DNA of 64,000 nt from Antedon mediterranea (lineage: Eukaryota; Animalia; Echinodermata). Both the position numbers and the translations under genes were made by a program. The notes under the pieces were generated by a model. The model had not been told where the DNA came from. It saw only the letters and a list, made by a program, of their open reading frames with translations, and ran no database searches. How positions within the stretch are numbered: the stretch's first letter is position 1; the number at the start of each line of letters is the position of its first letter. The stretch spans positions 15,146,871 through 15,210,870 of the forward strand of contig NC_092676.1 in assembly GCF_964355755.1 (NCBI RefSeq), read 5' to 3'. Below are positions 1 through 15,300 of this stretch, piece after piece.

Positions 1-331
1 ATTTTTGTAGGAAAAAAAAATTAAGAAAAGTTTGTAATTTATAAAAAGACAAAATTAACAGTTAAATTCAACCAAAACCCCATTGACTTCTAGTCAATCT
101 GACTATTTTCTCCTTTGAATTACAGTGTTTTCAGGTAAATAAATCAAAGTGAACAACTATTATGTGACATTAAAATGGCATATTCAACAAACAAATTATT
201 TTTTCAGAGGCACAATATCTTTAATGCTTCTAAGCATTTAATTGGTTTTTTTTATATGTTGGGTGCTTATTAAAATTGTGATGGTAATAACACAAAATAC
301 ATTTTAATATAACAAAATATTGTTACACTAG

Positions 332-3300
332 GCAGTAGCACATGAAGACAGTAACCCTGAGCAGATACTTCATCAACCTGGGTTCATGCTCAAGTATTCT
401 ACTTACAAGAATTTAGCAAGCTTGGCATCTCAGAAAACAGATAAAAAGACAGCAATGGAATTTTACCTTGAGGTGAGACAAGTATATACCCCTTCTATAA
501 CTGCCAACATTGGTCCACAAAACAATGATCCAGTATTATTTATAGTTAGGATAGTGCAAGCAGTTTAAAAATGTAACTTTGATTTTTTTCTTGTAGGCTA
601 TTAACATTGATTCAACTGATGTATCTTTGTGGTATAAAATAGGCAATTTAGCCTTAGAGTTGGTACATATTCCTCTGGCTAGAATAGCATTTGAACAAGC
701 CTACCAATGTAACCCAAAGCACTGGCCTAGTCTTGACAGTCTATGTACTGTTTTATATGCTTTGTGTGACTACCCAGGTAAGTGAATTTATGTTTTCAAC
801 ACTTCAACTGAGATGCTTTGCCTTTGTTGAATTCATTTTAACAAATAGTTTTGATCAATCAAATCAACTCTCTCAATCCAAAATTATTGAAATTGTATTC
901 AGATAAAGACATTTGTACCAATTTAAACATATAACAATAGTTTTTCATTGTTCTCTTTTTTAAAGTTCTTTCATTGTACTGTAATTATTGTATACAATTG
1001 TATTTCTTATGTTAATGAGCAGGCTGTTTATACTACATTGCTAAGTGTTTTGAACTTGATTCCTGCTACCCAAAAGGTAATTATTTTCTTTAATTATCAT
1101 GATGTAGATGTTTTTGTAAAATGCTTTGACTTAAAACATATTATTAGGCAAGGAGAGAAGGGAAGGGAGGCTAGCGTAGTAGCCTAGGGTTCTCATATTT
1201 TACATATGCTATATAATATAACATTGTAATGCATGAAAATACAGTTAGAATATAAATGAATTCATTTTAAATTCAGTTTTACTATGTTCTGTAGGTCATG
1301 TTTTACGAAAAAAGATCTTTTCTGAGCAGCCATCACTTGAAAGAGATACCTTTGTGTTGTTTCAACAATGGTAAGATTTTTTTCAGTGCCTTCTAATTGA
1401 AAGAATAGATCATTTGCACATGACATCACATACGCCAGACAACGTTGCGATGTATAGGAGGTGCCGGAATGTAGGTGGTTTTATACGCATTGACAATACC
1501 TTTAAAGGAATGTGCTGGCACACACATGAAAACTTAATTTGTACTTTTAGTGTAAAATCCTGTAGAATACAGCCTCTCCTGATACAAGGCCTAGCTCAGA
1601 CTGTCTAGCTGAAATAATAACATTTGAAATAGAATAAAACTGTTTTAGGTGGTATATTTATTTTTATATTATATACCTCTTGCATGTCCATAAGAATACA
1701 AGAATATGTTAGAAATATACCAAAAAAATTAAGAAGCTTGCACTTTTGTAGAGTAGCTACACTCGAAACTCGTTGAATGTTGTGTGTATGACCAGATAGA
1801 ATAAGATTTTCACGGCCCGACGGGACATATTAACCTTGGCCTAGCCTTTAAGGAGGTCATCTACTTTTTAAAATGTTATATGCCATTTCAAATTTCAAAT
1901 AAACTGTAGAGTAGGCGAGTTGTCTTATATTCAATTATTGATTGTAACACGATGTGAACAGCAATAATGAACACAAAAGCCTGTCGCAAAGCCAAATATT
2001 TGTCCAGGTACCACCAAGATGGCCAAAAATGTGACGTCAGCACCTGTACATGTTGTGATTACAATATATCATTTCATATTAAAGTATGGCTGGCTATACA
2101 TTTCTTAAAGGTAAAATTGAGAATGCCAACCAATGTTTTTATTGATATACAGTATCATATCCCTTCTGGAGTAAATTTTGAGAAATTTCCTCTTACCTCT
2201 TTGTAGGCATAACATAAAGTACTGCATACCTTTATTTACTAGTATTTTTTCCAATGCAATTCTTAAAACAATAATAGTTATTTCTAATTTGCAACTGTAT
2301 ATCTAGTGCTCTGACATCTGCCCTATGACATTTAATGTTTTGCTGGTTATAACCAACCCAGTCTAATACTTTACACATGAAGCACATTTTGTTGATTTAT
2401 GTTGCCACATTTTTACATGTAAAATCAATCAAAGATTAAATTGTAATGCTTAATAATTCAAATCTAGATACCAATACCAAGACATTTTTAAAGTTTGAGG
2501 TAACATTTTTTCAAGCATATGTTTTGTTTTATGTCTTTTTTTTAGGAATGAAGAGCACTACAATGATGATAGTTGCCAAGACCATTCTCAGAAGGTATTT
2601 TAGAAAATATATAAATTTAACATACAGTACAGTTATTACTTACTGCTTCGTTCCCACACATAACCCTTCGTAGTCAACACGTGGGCCATTGTTTTTTGAT
2701 TGCGAACTTACAAAATATTGTGTTTTGACCGCGATCCCATGCTCTCCCATGAAAGGCATTTGTCTTTTGATCGCGATCCCACATGCTCCCATGCTATATC
2801 ACGGGAAGGTATTGTTTTGCTATTCCTCCAATCTCCAGGTATCAAAAGATAACAATGCTAGTATAATAACTTGGATCGACGAATTCTACCCCAACAGTTA
2901 CGCCCGAGTAGGCCTTCCTAGCTACAGGCCTTGGCTAGGCCCAGAGCCTAGCGATTGTTGATATTAAATATTAAAAATGTTTCGTTTCCATTTCGTCGGA
3001 CGTGATTTTCTCTAGAAAACTTGATTTAAAACAATAACCTGGTCGATAACCTCAAACACGCGTGAAGGCGGTGGATATATGCAGCATTTATGCTAAACAA
3101 AAGATGTACACAGTACCTAGATTTTGTGTCACATGACACGAAAATGTTCCTACATCTTTTTTCCTCCAAAATCTGGTCGGGACAAGAAAAATCTTAACAT
3201 GGAATATATATTGATTTCGCATATATTTTCTTAATGTTCCCAGCCTAGGCTCAGTGTTTTTATAATTCACTAACCTAAAGATAGGATTAAATAATTTAGA

Positions 3301-6300
3301 GCGACGTAGGCCGCCTATACCTAGCCTCCTACAGTAGGTTCGAGTCCTTTGTCAACGTCCAGCCAAATCAGGCTAACTGGTGCATAGGGTGCCTACGAAA
3401 AATACATTGTGTGTGTGCACACATTGTCCATGCTTCTAAAAAGTCGATGACAGTGGACTGTATTACTCTACGAACCATCCTACGATCGACGTGTAATTAT
3501 AATAACCATCATAGTACGCTGCTGACTACGATACGAACAATACATTGTAGGCCGGCTACTTTCACAACAATGACATTAGGCCTAGTTGCAAATCCTGCAT
3601 TGGTGACATGTAAGGTGTGTGAAGCCAATAGATATTGGGGCAGGGGAAGCTGAAACATTGAGTAAAACGATGGCTAGGCCAAATGTGAACATATCGCCCA
3701 TATTATACTCTCGAAACTGTGTGCCTACACTGGTTGATAGGCCTGAGCAGCTTCAACACTTTGTATAAGCACTTGGTGACTGCTCATTACTGTAAATTCT
3801 ATTTTCCACCAATATATACAAATAAATAGGCTAATGTATCTAAGACACTGTATAAATAAGACTCAGGTGCCAGCGAGCCATAGCATCAAAAAGTTGCTGT
3901 GTAATATGATGTTGAAGTCCTATCAGCTGGCTGAAAATTACCCACATACTGTAGGCCAACAATTTTTATTGTAAATTTTAAAAAGGTTTAATTAGTTAAA
4001 ACTGGGAAGACATTTTTTATTTAATTTTTTTAATTTTTTTTATACAGTATACTGAATAAATGTAACCAAATGAATGCATGACATATATTGCCTTTGTAAT
4101 TGTCTTATAATGGTCGAATGATCATTCTCATTACGTGCAATAATTATATGAAACTGTAACTTAATTATTAATGACTAGAAGAAATACCTGCCCCAGAGTG
4201 GCTACATCTCTCCAACCATACTTCAGTGTAATACCTTTCCAGAACAATCTAATTTGAATACTTCAGTACTCCTTCAAACCCCCAATGCCCTCCCCAAGAA
4301 TGGTTGAAATGTCATTTTGATACCCCATGTGTATGGATGCATGCAATAGCAGCCAAAGTGGTGAATTCAGACCTCATATAACCTGTAATTATTCAAAGTA
4401 GCAAATTATTTCTAATGGTTTTCAGTGTTTTTAAAATAGATGGTTATAAATGTTTGAAAATGGTTTCACATTTTTGAAGCACAAAAAAACAAGGTCTTAA
4501 AGCACTGAAAACAAGTAAAAAGTTAATTGAGGTTCAACTTAATCTCAGACTTTTCAAGACTGTGGCGTCTCCTATCCTAGTAAAGCTATAGAAACAATGA
4601 CTAAATGGACAAAAATCAGAATGCTACTGTAATTATGAATTAAAAATGTAATGTTCCACAACTATAAATGATTGCTCTGAATTGAATGCATTAGTGTCAC
4701 ATTGTCAAATGGTACCAAAGGATGAGACATGAAATTAAGCGTAATAACTGTTGATATCACTTGATCTCTTTTTGTTACAAATTTATTATTAATATGTCTC
4801 GTAATTTGACTAGTATTGGTCAGTTTTATCTAGTTTTTCCTGCTGAATCAGAAGTTTGTTAAAAAAGGAAATGTTGCATTTCCTTAAAGAAACTCGATAA
4901 GTGAATGCTTGAAGTGCCATGTGAGTAAGCTCCTCATTCAAATATTGTTTGATATATGTTCACAAGAATAGTTTATTGTACCTACAGTACCTTCATCTAA
5001 GTATTAAAAGCACCTTCATGTATAATTATTTTTATTATTTATAAATTTGATATACCTACAATAGCACATCTATAATTCTCATTCTGTATTGCCAATCATT
5101 TTTTTTAATGACAAATACATTTCTCTATTAAATCATGGAGTAATAATTACTCTATGATTAAACCTAATTCTGTAACCCTTATCATCTTTGGTTTCACCGG
5201 TTAGCCCAACAAAAAGAGTTCAATAGATGACAGTTAAGATTGTTGAACGAGTCTGTTAATGCTAGAGTCTTTGATTCGCCAGTCAGGAAATTCATGGCTA
5301 GCAGGAAGCAAACAAAACATAAAAAAATAATATAATAACATATAAGCATAATAATATATAGATTTTTGTTTTAAATAAAAAAATGAATAAATTAATTTTA
5401 ATTAAGTTTAAATTAAATAAGGTGCTATATAAATTGGAACCACAATTCTAAGTATATCAATGCAGAATATGCTTCTAAGTTGTAAATTATTATAAATAAT
5501 CATTGATACATTGTTACCTCCACCTAGTAGGTTATATTTTTGTCTGAGATACGAGTGTGTGGTTGTCAGCAGGATAACGTCAAACTAATAGATGGATCTT
5601 TACCACATTGAAACCACATATAAATGGAAGACTTTTTTCAATTTTGGTGCAATCCGGACCAGGATCCCTATGGACCACTTTTATTATTTTGATAATAATT
5701 TTAGTTAAACGTCAAAACTACAAGGTGGATCTTTATCCCGATTCTTGATCCTTTTTCTTGTTTGATTTTGTAATGGTGACCCAATGTCTGCTTAAGGCCT
5801 GTGTATACTATTTACAACACATGAAACAAAAAAATATTAAATGCTTTCATCCTATAAGATAGATAGAACTACAGGATCAGGTGGGGATCTTTGAACAGGT
5901 GGGGACGTAATATTGGCAGAACTTCATAAAATCACATCACTGTGCTGGGAAAACAGATGCTCTTAAAGATGCCAACATTATTACACTGGTTAAAAACAAA
6001 GGAAGCGGGCTTAACAACTATAGAGGAACATCACACAAAGTATTTTTGCCAAAACCATTTTGCCATGCTTCTAAACCATAGCTGAACATGTTCTGCCTGA
6101 AAGCCGATCTACTGTAGATATGGTATTTTCCCTTACATAAATTCATGAAAAGGCCATTGAACAATACCATCCTACATATAATTTTTATCGGCCAGTGTTG
6201 GCCGCACCACCCTCAAAGAAGTTTTAAGAAAATTTGGTTGCCCCGAAACATTACTTTCCATCATCGTAAATGTTCATCAAGGCATGATGCATGCCACTAT

Positions 6301-9300
6301 TCAACATGAAAGCTGTCAGAAACATTTGCCATACAAAATGGTGTGGAACAAGGTTCTTTTTTGGCATCTTTCTTGCTGCTCTTCTACAATGTGCATACCC
6401 TGACCTCACTGGAAATCTCTTTAAACTTTCACGTTTAAAAGCATGTTCTAACATTAATAAAAAAAAATTCTATATGGAGAGCTGGCAATTGGTAACACTT
6501 TTTCAAAACAGGAAGAGAAAGAAGACATACGAATGCTCCAACAGCTACATAGTAAGACGGATGTTAGAAACAATCATCGATTTCTTCGATCATGATATTT
6601 ATTTGTATTAGTTTGTTGAGGAAATATATTATCTAAAGATATTTTTATTATTGAATTGATGTAACAATTTGGCTTAGAAAAAAATAATCAGAGGCTTTGT
6701 AGACTACAGTACATACACTGTACTCATAGCCACACATATAAATAATGTCATCGTGGCGTTTAATTTTTTACGTACACTGATTGCCTGCAATCTAAACAAT
6801 AGGTACGCAGTTTTCTGCCATTGTCCCTTTGTACGAATTGTTCATGGCCCAGCTCACTATAGTATACTTGTGAATACTGTATGGGCTGTGTCATATTACA
6901 TCTATGGACCAAAATGCGTAGTTATTTTCCAGGCATAAATCGGCAATTCATTCACAGCTCTTAGAAGTTTTAGATGTACCTTCATACAGCATGAAGGAAT
7001 GAATTATGTTCACGGTCTAGTAGTGAGGGTAGAGGGCATGTTTTGGATAAGAGGTGATCGCTGTGAATTAAAGTGGGGTTCACCCCCTGGCTAGAGGCCT
7101 GATTATGAAATCATTTAATTTGGTTTTGTGTTTTTTGTGGAAAAAATATATGTTTATTAATCATCATTTATCTTTCTGGTATAAAAAGGCCTTTACAGGG
7201 GATTCAATTATGTAAAAATGATGTTTTGAGTGGTTGTACTGTATTAAACATTGTGTCGCCATTTAAATATTTTTACCAAAATAGATAGTTTTATAAATTC
7301 ACAAATAATTTGAGTTCTCAAATGCTGTTCGCACTGTTTATCAACATTTATAAATAGTGTATGTGACGTGTGAGCAATAGAGTCCCATGGTAGTTGCTAT
7401 GTCTGATGCCATTGCCTCAGTCGTTCACTGTGAAGGAACTCAACCTTCCTGCAAACTACAGGAACTCATCAATTTAAATTTATAGATTGTCAACTGCTTA
7501 TATTAATCTGTATATATCATGCCTTTGCAGATGAAACTCAGACCGACATGTTGAATTTATAAATGTTATTTCTACTGTATATGGCTGTAACTTTCTATAG
7601 TATTTTTGTACTGATTGACACCTATCTAATTTTGAAATGGAGTATCATGGTTATTTAATCGCAAAAAATTAAATGATTTGTACATCCTGATGATGAAACT
7701 TACACTTAATTCACTTTACATAGTACTCCAATGCAAGTTTTATTTTTCTTTGCTTTCCTCATTTCTTTTTATTTTTTTCTACAACGTATGGCCTTGCACA
7801 GCCTTGATAAACCCTTGGGTGAATCAAACGTTTTCCGTGAGAAAACAAAGTATATTATTACTAACCACTGTGAATCATAGTTATTCCAAATATGAAGCCT
7901 GATAGATTAGGTCTTTGTATTGTGTAGTTGTGCAGTTTATTACATAGCAACATTTTCACATAGAAGGCATGAATTCAAAGTAGTTTGTTAATGTATAATT
8001 TAAGCAGTTTTTTAGTTTATTAAACTCCTAATGCTTCAATTAAGTGTACACTTTATTTTCAGTTAATCAATCAATCAATCAATCAATTTTATTTCTCAAA
8101 TAAAAACAAAATACCGTTACATTTTCTAGAAAGAATAGATAATAAATGAGAAAAAGGGGTACCCCACTAGAAGCTTAAGCTTTAAAATGTGGGGTCCAGG
8201 CAACATATTTAAAAATAAGGTAAGGTAAGAAATATATATAATATATGATAATGAACAAAAAAAGACATTTAACTCAACAAATGCAGTTATTATTTAACTT
8301 AAGACAGATATATTATTAACTTAAACAATAATAGTAGAAACAAGGTATTCATGTAATTTGAACTTAAATGAAGATATAAAATTAATCATTTTGAGTTCTT
8401 CAGTTAATTTTATAATATGTAATTGTCTTATAATACCTGTCATGCTGTTATTTTTTGGACTTGTTAAAGTGTATTTTTGTATTTGTAATTCTGTCCCAGA
8501 TTGCGCATTAATTAATTGTTTGAAATTTAAATGATTATGTAGTATAGGAAGTCGTATACACTGGAGGATTTTGTGATATCCTGTCTACTATATTAAATTA
8601 ACTATTTTATCCCAATCAGGCCAGATTTGTTTGTTTTTCTACTTGTATTGTTGACATTACAAACTTGCTGTCAACGTTAGCTCTTTAGAAACTTTGTCCC
8701 ACATTCAATGTATAGCAACTTGTGAAAAGGTGTAACAATGCATATAAATATATGTAAACATTTTCAGCATGTTAACAATTTGTGCAAGCAATACACATTT
8801 GTGATCAATTTGTGAAATGGCACAGTTTAAGCGTGCTGTGATCATGCCAGTGTGGCTAATAGCAAACAGTTCATAAGATAGTATATTTCCTGCACAGTTT
8901 CTGAATGATAAATGCATAGGTTGCCCATGCAGACCATGTGATCTAGCACAGGGGCATGTGCAGGATTTATTTTTTTGGGGGCTTAAAACGTAAATATTGA
9001 GAACTTTGCGAGAGGAGCAAGCAACAATAGGCTGGGGCTAGGGTACGAAGGCCCGAAAGCGCCAGCGTTTTAGAGAATTTTAGCCTAGGCATACAGAAGT
9101 TTTGCTGTAAATTTCCTAAAGTCTCACTAATAAATACAATTATTGTCCATGATCTAAATATAGAAAATATATGCGAACTGCAAAAGTAGTAAAATGTACC
9201 CCACGTATGGACGGGCCAAGTGGTATGTCGTAGGAAGACTTGGCATGTATGCTCTCTAACTGTAGGCAAAAATGATTTTGCACAAAATAAAAAAAAAATT

Positions 9301-12300
9301 GATGATTTCAAACTTGTCCATAAACATGTTCCTTATGGATAAGTAGGCCTATACGTTTATGTTTGTTTGCCTAAGTTCTCTATTGTTATTGAACTTACTG
9401 TATCATTATGTCAACCACTATTTTTTTACCCAATTGCATGTGACTCTTTAGAACATGCATATGACTAGTTTGACTAACACTTTCTTTTTACAAATGCTAT
9501 ATATTTCATAGAATTATGCCTGAAGTGATTTGCTTCTTAGCTTTATTTTAATATTTGCTTTTTAATAACATTTTAATACATTTTAAGAAAATTAGGATTT
9601 TATTAATACTGTAGCATGTTTGTAAATTCTACTTGTTTATTGGGAAACGGTGCTACAATGTGACATAGTACTGATCATTGTTGCATGATAATTGGTGCTT
9701 TAGTATATAAAATTTGGCGTAACATAGAGGGAGAAAATGTAAGCTTAAATATAAAAGGCAATAGTAATGAACTAGTATGAACTAGAAGAATAAATTTGTT
9801 TGTACTTACCATTATAGTGTATACAATGATTTAAATAATGTCCTTAATAAAATTCACCATTAAAATCCAAATTGTATTTGTGGACTTCAGTTATATCACA
9901 CTATTGCAACACAAAGCAAAGTAATGTTAAAATTAGTTTGTAATAGTCTTCAAATGTGCGGTCAAATTCAAATTTCCCCTGATTTAGTTTGGTGAATTAT
10001 GATTCATCGTTGTGGGCGGAGCATATTTATGATCGGGAAGCCTGTAGCTACCTGTAACGTGCCAATTCCTACTTCTAATTTACAGTATATATTATCAAAA
10101 ATTTAAATAGTATAGATAATAAAGTAGGTGAGGTATATACAGTATTTATTTAAGGTTTTAATTATAAAATAAAAATAATACTGGTTAAAAGTAAACTGTA
10201 ACATACCATACGTTTTAAAGATATTGATCCTGTGAATAAACTGTTTTAATTAAATGGTCTTCAGATTTGACCTTTTTCATGTTTTATTGGTATTTTAAAT
10301 ACTTTTTATTATTTCTGTATTTTAGTATGAAATAACTAAATTCTGATTTAAATGTATCTGTTTATTTGTATACAAAACAAATTAAGCATACAATGGTTTT
10401 TGAATATTAAGAATTTAACATTTAGGAATGGATGTATGTTTCTTTAACGTACTATCATCAAATTCTAGTAATTAACTATTCATAGAAAACAAACTGCTTC
10501 GAAAAATAAGTATTGAAATGTGTAGATAGTGCATATTCTAATTTTGACTTCCTTCAGTTAATAATGCCATGAGTCAGTCTATGTACTTTACTGGATACCT
10601 GTGTTTCATTGATAACCAATCCTTGTCTATAATACTTTATAATCTCTACAAATACATTTTTTATACTATATTTTCTAAAATTTAATATGTAATAATGTGC
10701 ACATTATTGCAAATGTTGATTTCCATATCAGATAAAACATTTTGAAAACATGAAGCTGACTATAGTTTAAAGTTAAGTTATTGCATTCTGTTAATAAATA
10801 TTATTAATTATAACCATTTCACTATATTTCCCAATTTCTGTAAAAACAACTGTATATTTTTATACCAATTTGAGCATACTGTGTATATACAGTATATTAT
10901 TTTTTATTAATCAGTGTTTTTTTGCAATTTCAGATTTTAGAAGAAGCATTTGAGCTACGTAAAAAGAGAGAAACTGAGATAGCCCCAAAGAAGCACGTCA
11001 AGTTTCAAAAGCCATTGAAATTATTCACGTATGCATTATACCCCTTGTACACCGCCGAGCTTAATAGAAACCTGTGCTATGTCCCGATAAATTTCCTTTT
11101 CACACCTGATTCATTAACCTGGGAATAACGCGTGTTTTGTGTATTTACACTGCAAAAACCAACCATGTAAATATCGCCCTCTCTTGCATGAAGAGACACC
11201 CTAGCAACGGTCTGCTCATTATACCTCCTACAAGTCTACTGGTGAAGAATAATATTTCTTGAAATAAAAATGAATAAAAAATAACCATACGTTTTATTTT
11301 ATTAAATAAGCAAATAAACAACCTTGTCCATGATGAGAAATTGTTGCATAAACTAATAAACCATTTATGAAACAAATCTAAAGATATGCAAGTAGAAAAT
11401 ACACAAGTCTTCTGCATCTCGTCTGAAATGTCAACATCAGTAGTTTCCACAAAAGATTCAACAGTTCTCAAGAACATCTACCATAAAGTTCATGTTGTCA
11501 TTCTTAAAGGTTAAATTATGATTTAGTTTGTGTTCAAGCTTTAAAGCCATGTTATGATTATTCGGCATACCTTCTCTTATCTTAAAGGGCAGAGGCATTT
11601 CGTAGTGATCATCTGTACGCTGAACTACATTAGAGTCCATGATATCCATGAATTTACGATCATCGGCTGACATTGCAGATTAACCAGGCTTATCGTCATT
11701 AAAATTTTGTTCATACAATATCAAAATCATCTCTTTAGCAGTAGTTTGACTTACCAAACGATTCTTCGGTGATACATTTGAGTCCTTTTCCGAAGCAACC
11801 ATGTGATTAGACACCGACACTTCCGGAACCTTTTGGCACACGGTGCCCACGACACCCCATCCAAGAGCTGATAGTTGTCCATGTGGCTAAACTTGCGACA
11901 TGACCGGATGATTTGCTATGCATAGTTGACGAAAGTAGATTGGTTTTATTCCCCTCCAACTTTAGTTTCTCAGCAATGCTATCTGAAATAAAACAAGTAT
12001 TAGACTGGGGGTCCAAAATACAATAGATTAGAATTTCATTTTGTGGGCATCGAGAACTTCGAAGCCAAACAGGCACTATCATAAAAGTACTTGATGATTT
12101 ACTTGTAACGGAGGTGCACAAAGACCTATTAACTTTATCTAGCCTTTATCGTTTTGCTCAAAAATATGCAAGCTTGATAAATGTTTGTTTTTACAATGTT
12201 TACATGTCATAGCATTGGAGCACTGGTATGCTAGATGTTCATTAGTCATACCACATCCGTAACATAACTTGTGTTCACACAGATACTGCGTTTGGTCACG

Positions 12301-15300
12301 TCTTGTCAGCTTATTAAAACCTTCGCATTCATCTATATGATGGTCCTTAGCGCAATACGTACAGGTCATGTTCACTTTGGTGGCAAATGATTGAGATGTT
12401 CGTTGGCGTTGTGTAGTATACTTCTTCTCTGGTTCATCAATCCGTGGTACAGTTGGTTGTTGAATAAACATTGGTACATTGGCTTCATCAGCCCTTGCTC
12501 TGACAAAACCTGCAAATATTTCAAAACTTAGAAAAGAGTCAACATTAGCATTAGATTGTACAATATTTCGCCACTATTTTCTATGAAATAAGGTACCTTC
12601 TTTATTAGTTTAAGGTTCTCTTGAGGGTAATCTAAAACTCCCAAATCCGTAATCTTTTGTTTAGCTACCATGATTTCGTTAAAAAAATCTGAAAATACTC
12701 CAAGACCAGGCGCATCTCTTGGTTGAATCTTTGGCCAACTTTCTAACTTGTACAAAAAGAAATAACACGTCGGTACAGGAATTGTCATAGCTTCAGGTGA
12801 GGTAATTATTGGCAATGATATAGTAGGAACTGTCATATATGAAGTAGATGCAATCACGATGCAACAACCCCAGGTATTGGCGCATACTGCCCAAATGAAG
12901 ATATCGTTGATGGCCGTTTATACGTATTGTAATGTTGTGTTGCAAAAGTAGCACTAACTGAATTATGTTCAACAGACGATATCTTCTCGGGAATGTTATC
13001 AACATATTGTTGAATATCATCTGTAGATTGTGTAGGTAATTCGTCTAAGTACTCCATAAATGAGGTAACGGATTTAGAATCTAATTGTTTTACCGTACTT
13101 TGATCGGCGTCCAACTTGGCAAGTTCCTTTTCCTGCTGAAGTTTCCTTAATTTGGTTTCATTGTCAAGGTGCAAATGTTTCAACCGCATTTCTTCTTCCA
13201 GCTCCACTTTAACAGACACTTTTTGTTCTTCCAAGTTCAATAATTTCTCCTTTATGTAAAATGTAAAAAAGAACAAGTTCGCATAGACCGCGTAGATTTT
13301 CTGGCTGCACTTGTTCCGAATGAACGAGATGAATTTCTAGATGAATCCCAATTTTCCTGTGCCAACTCCATCCTATATTGGTTTCCTTTTTCAGTTTGAG
13401 CAGGCACCTTCCTCAAATTGTATCCACCTTAACCAAACTGCGAATCGTCTTCCGTTCCGCAACACAGATGAAACAATTTGATTAGTTTCCGCACTGCAGG
13501 TTTCGTCCCGGGTTGACTTGATGCTGAATACATTCCGCATCACTTACTGGGTTGTTCAGCGACCCGGGTACATTTTTACATCGTTTACCCTGTCCAACAT
13601 TTCCGCATTTCAGTGTCCCGGGTACGACTCCAGTTACAGAATTCCGGATCAACTCCGTAATTTTGCTGGCGGTGTAAAAGGGGTATTAGTTTCTTTTTAA
13701 TTTAACATTTCAATATATGTTTAATGTTTCTGTATTACTTAACTAAATTTTGAAGTAATAACATTGTTTTATTTTGTAGTAATAAAGGAAGGTAAACTGA
13801 ATATTTTATAAACGGTTCATTTAAATTGTTTTCGTTATTTCTGTTTAATTAATAACTCAAACTCTTGAAAAAGATTGATAGTATAGATCATTGTGTAAAA
13901 AGATTGATTGTTTTTTAGATGGAAGTGTCTTGGGGATTGCTTAATATCTCTGTATGAATATGTAGAACATGCTGAAAGTTTTGTAAGTATTCAAACTAAA
14001 TCGTGTATTGAGCTTTGAATCATTTATAAAACAAAACTGAATTTTACCAAATACATGGAAAAAAGTCTTGGTAAATCCAAGACCTTGAGAGTGTTTTTTA
14101 ATATTGTGCACTTATTCGAAAACAGTGTAGTTATTCAAGCACTTACAATATGTAGCAATTTTTTCATGAAAATATCTAAAAATGAGACTTGTTTCTCATC
14201 ACAATCAGATTGGCCAGGCTTGTTAATTGACAGATTGAAAAGGTTAAAAGAAACAAAATAGAATCAACCGGTTTAATTATCAAAAATATCAGAGATTAAA
14301 AAAAAACAGAATTTAATTTTGTTTTAAAACAGTGTCAGTTTAAAATCTTCCATTGAGCTTTACTTGTGCTGCTTTGATGATATCCTAATCTTTAAAATAA
14401 GCTCAAGAAAAGTATGCTCACAGAAAAAAAACAAACAAAAAGGTTCTACTTCTCCTAATATTATGTTTTGTTTATTTAGAAATGTATTTAAATAAGTAAA
14501 TAAGTATGTATTTTGTAATAATTATTAGTTTTGAATCATGTAATAAAAGCTTTATATAATTTTTGATGTTTTTGGAAACTTTTTTAATTTTCAGAGTTTT
14601 AGTAGTGGACTTGACCTTGCCAGTTGTTTGAATAAGAAGGGTAAGTATTGTTGGATTACCAAGTTTACCCTTATCCAATTATAATTGATTGTGAATTATA
14701 TATATATATATATATATCTACAAACATTAAATAACAGTTTCTGTTATTTGCTGAGTAACACAGCTTGATATTACAGAGTTAATTCCATTTACCTTGATTT
14801 ACCTTGACATGGTTATTGGCCATTTTTCTTTTACATGGGTTTATATATTTAGAAAGTAATTATTGTATAATGCTTTTAAATATTACCCTCTAATATGTAA
14901 TGACTCATAAATGCCATATTAAAGTGTTAGTATATTTTAGTAACGTTTAATAAATTATCAGTTAGAAAAATAATGTCTGTGCTTATATTTCCATATCTAG
15001 CTGAAATAAAATAATCTCTATTTAAAAACAGTTAAAGTTGTTGATATAGGTTACTTCGTTTTATTTTCATATGTCTAATTTTGCTTTTTGCTTACTTGAC
15101 AATATAGCTTCTTGTTTGTAAAATAATAAATCAACTATCCTAAAAATTACAGATAGTAACTTAGTTAATGTCTTGACATATTTAGACCATTTACAAAATT
15201 AGAAGGTGACAAAGGTCTAGGACTTTATTTAGGAGAGAACATCTCAACTGTTCTATAGGATAATTTGACAGCAATTAAGGAACAACATGGGATATGTGCT

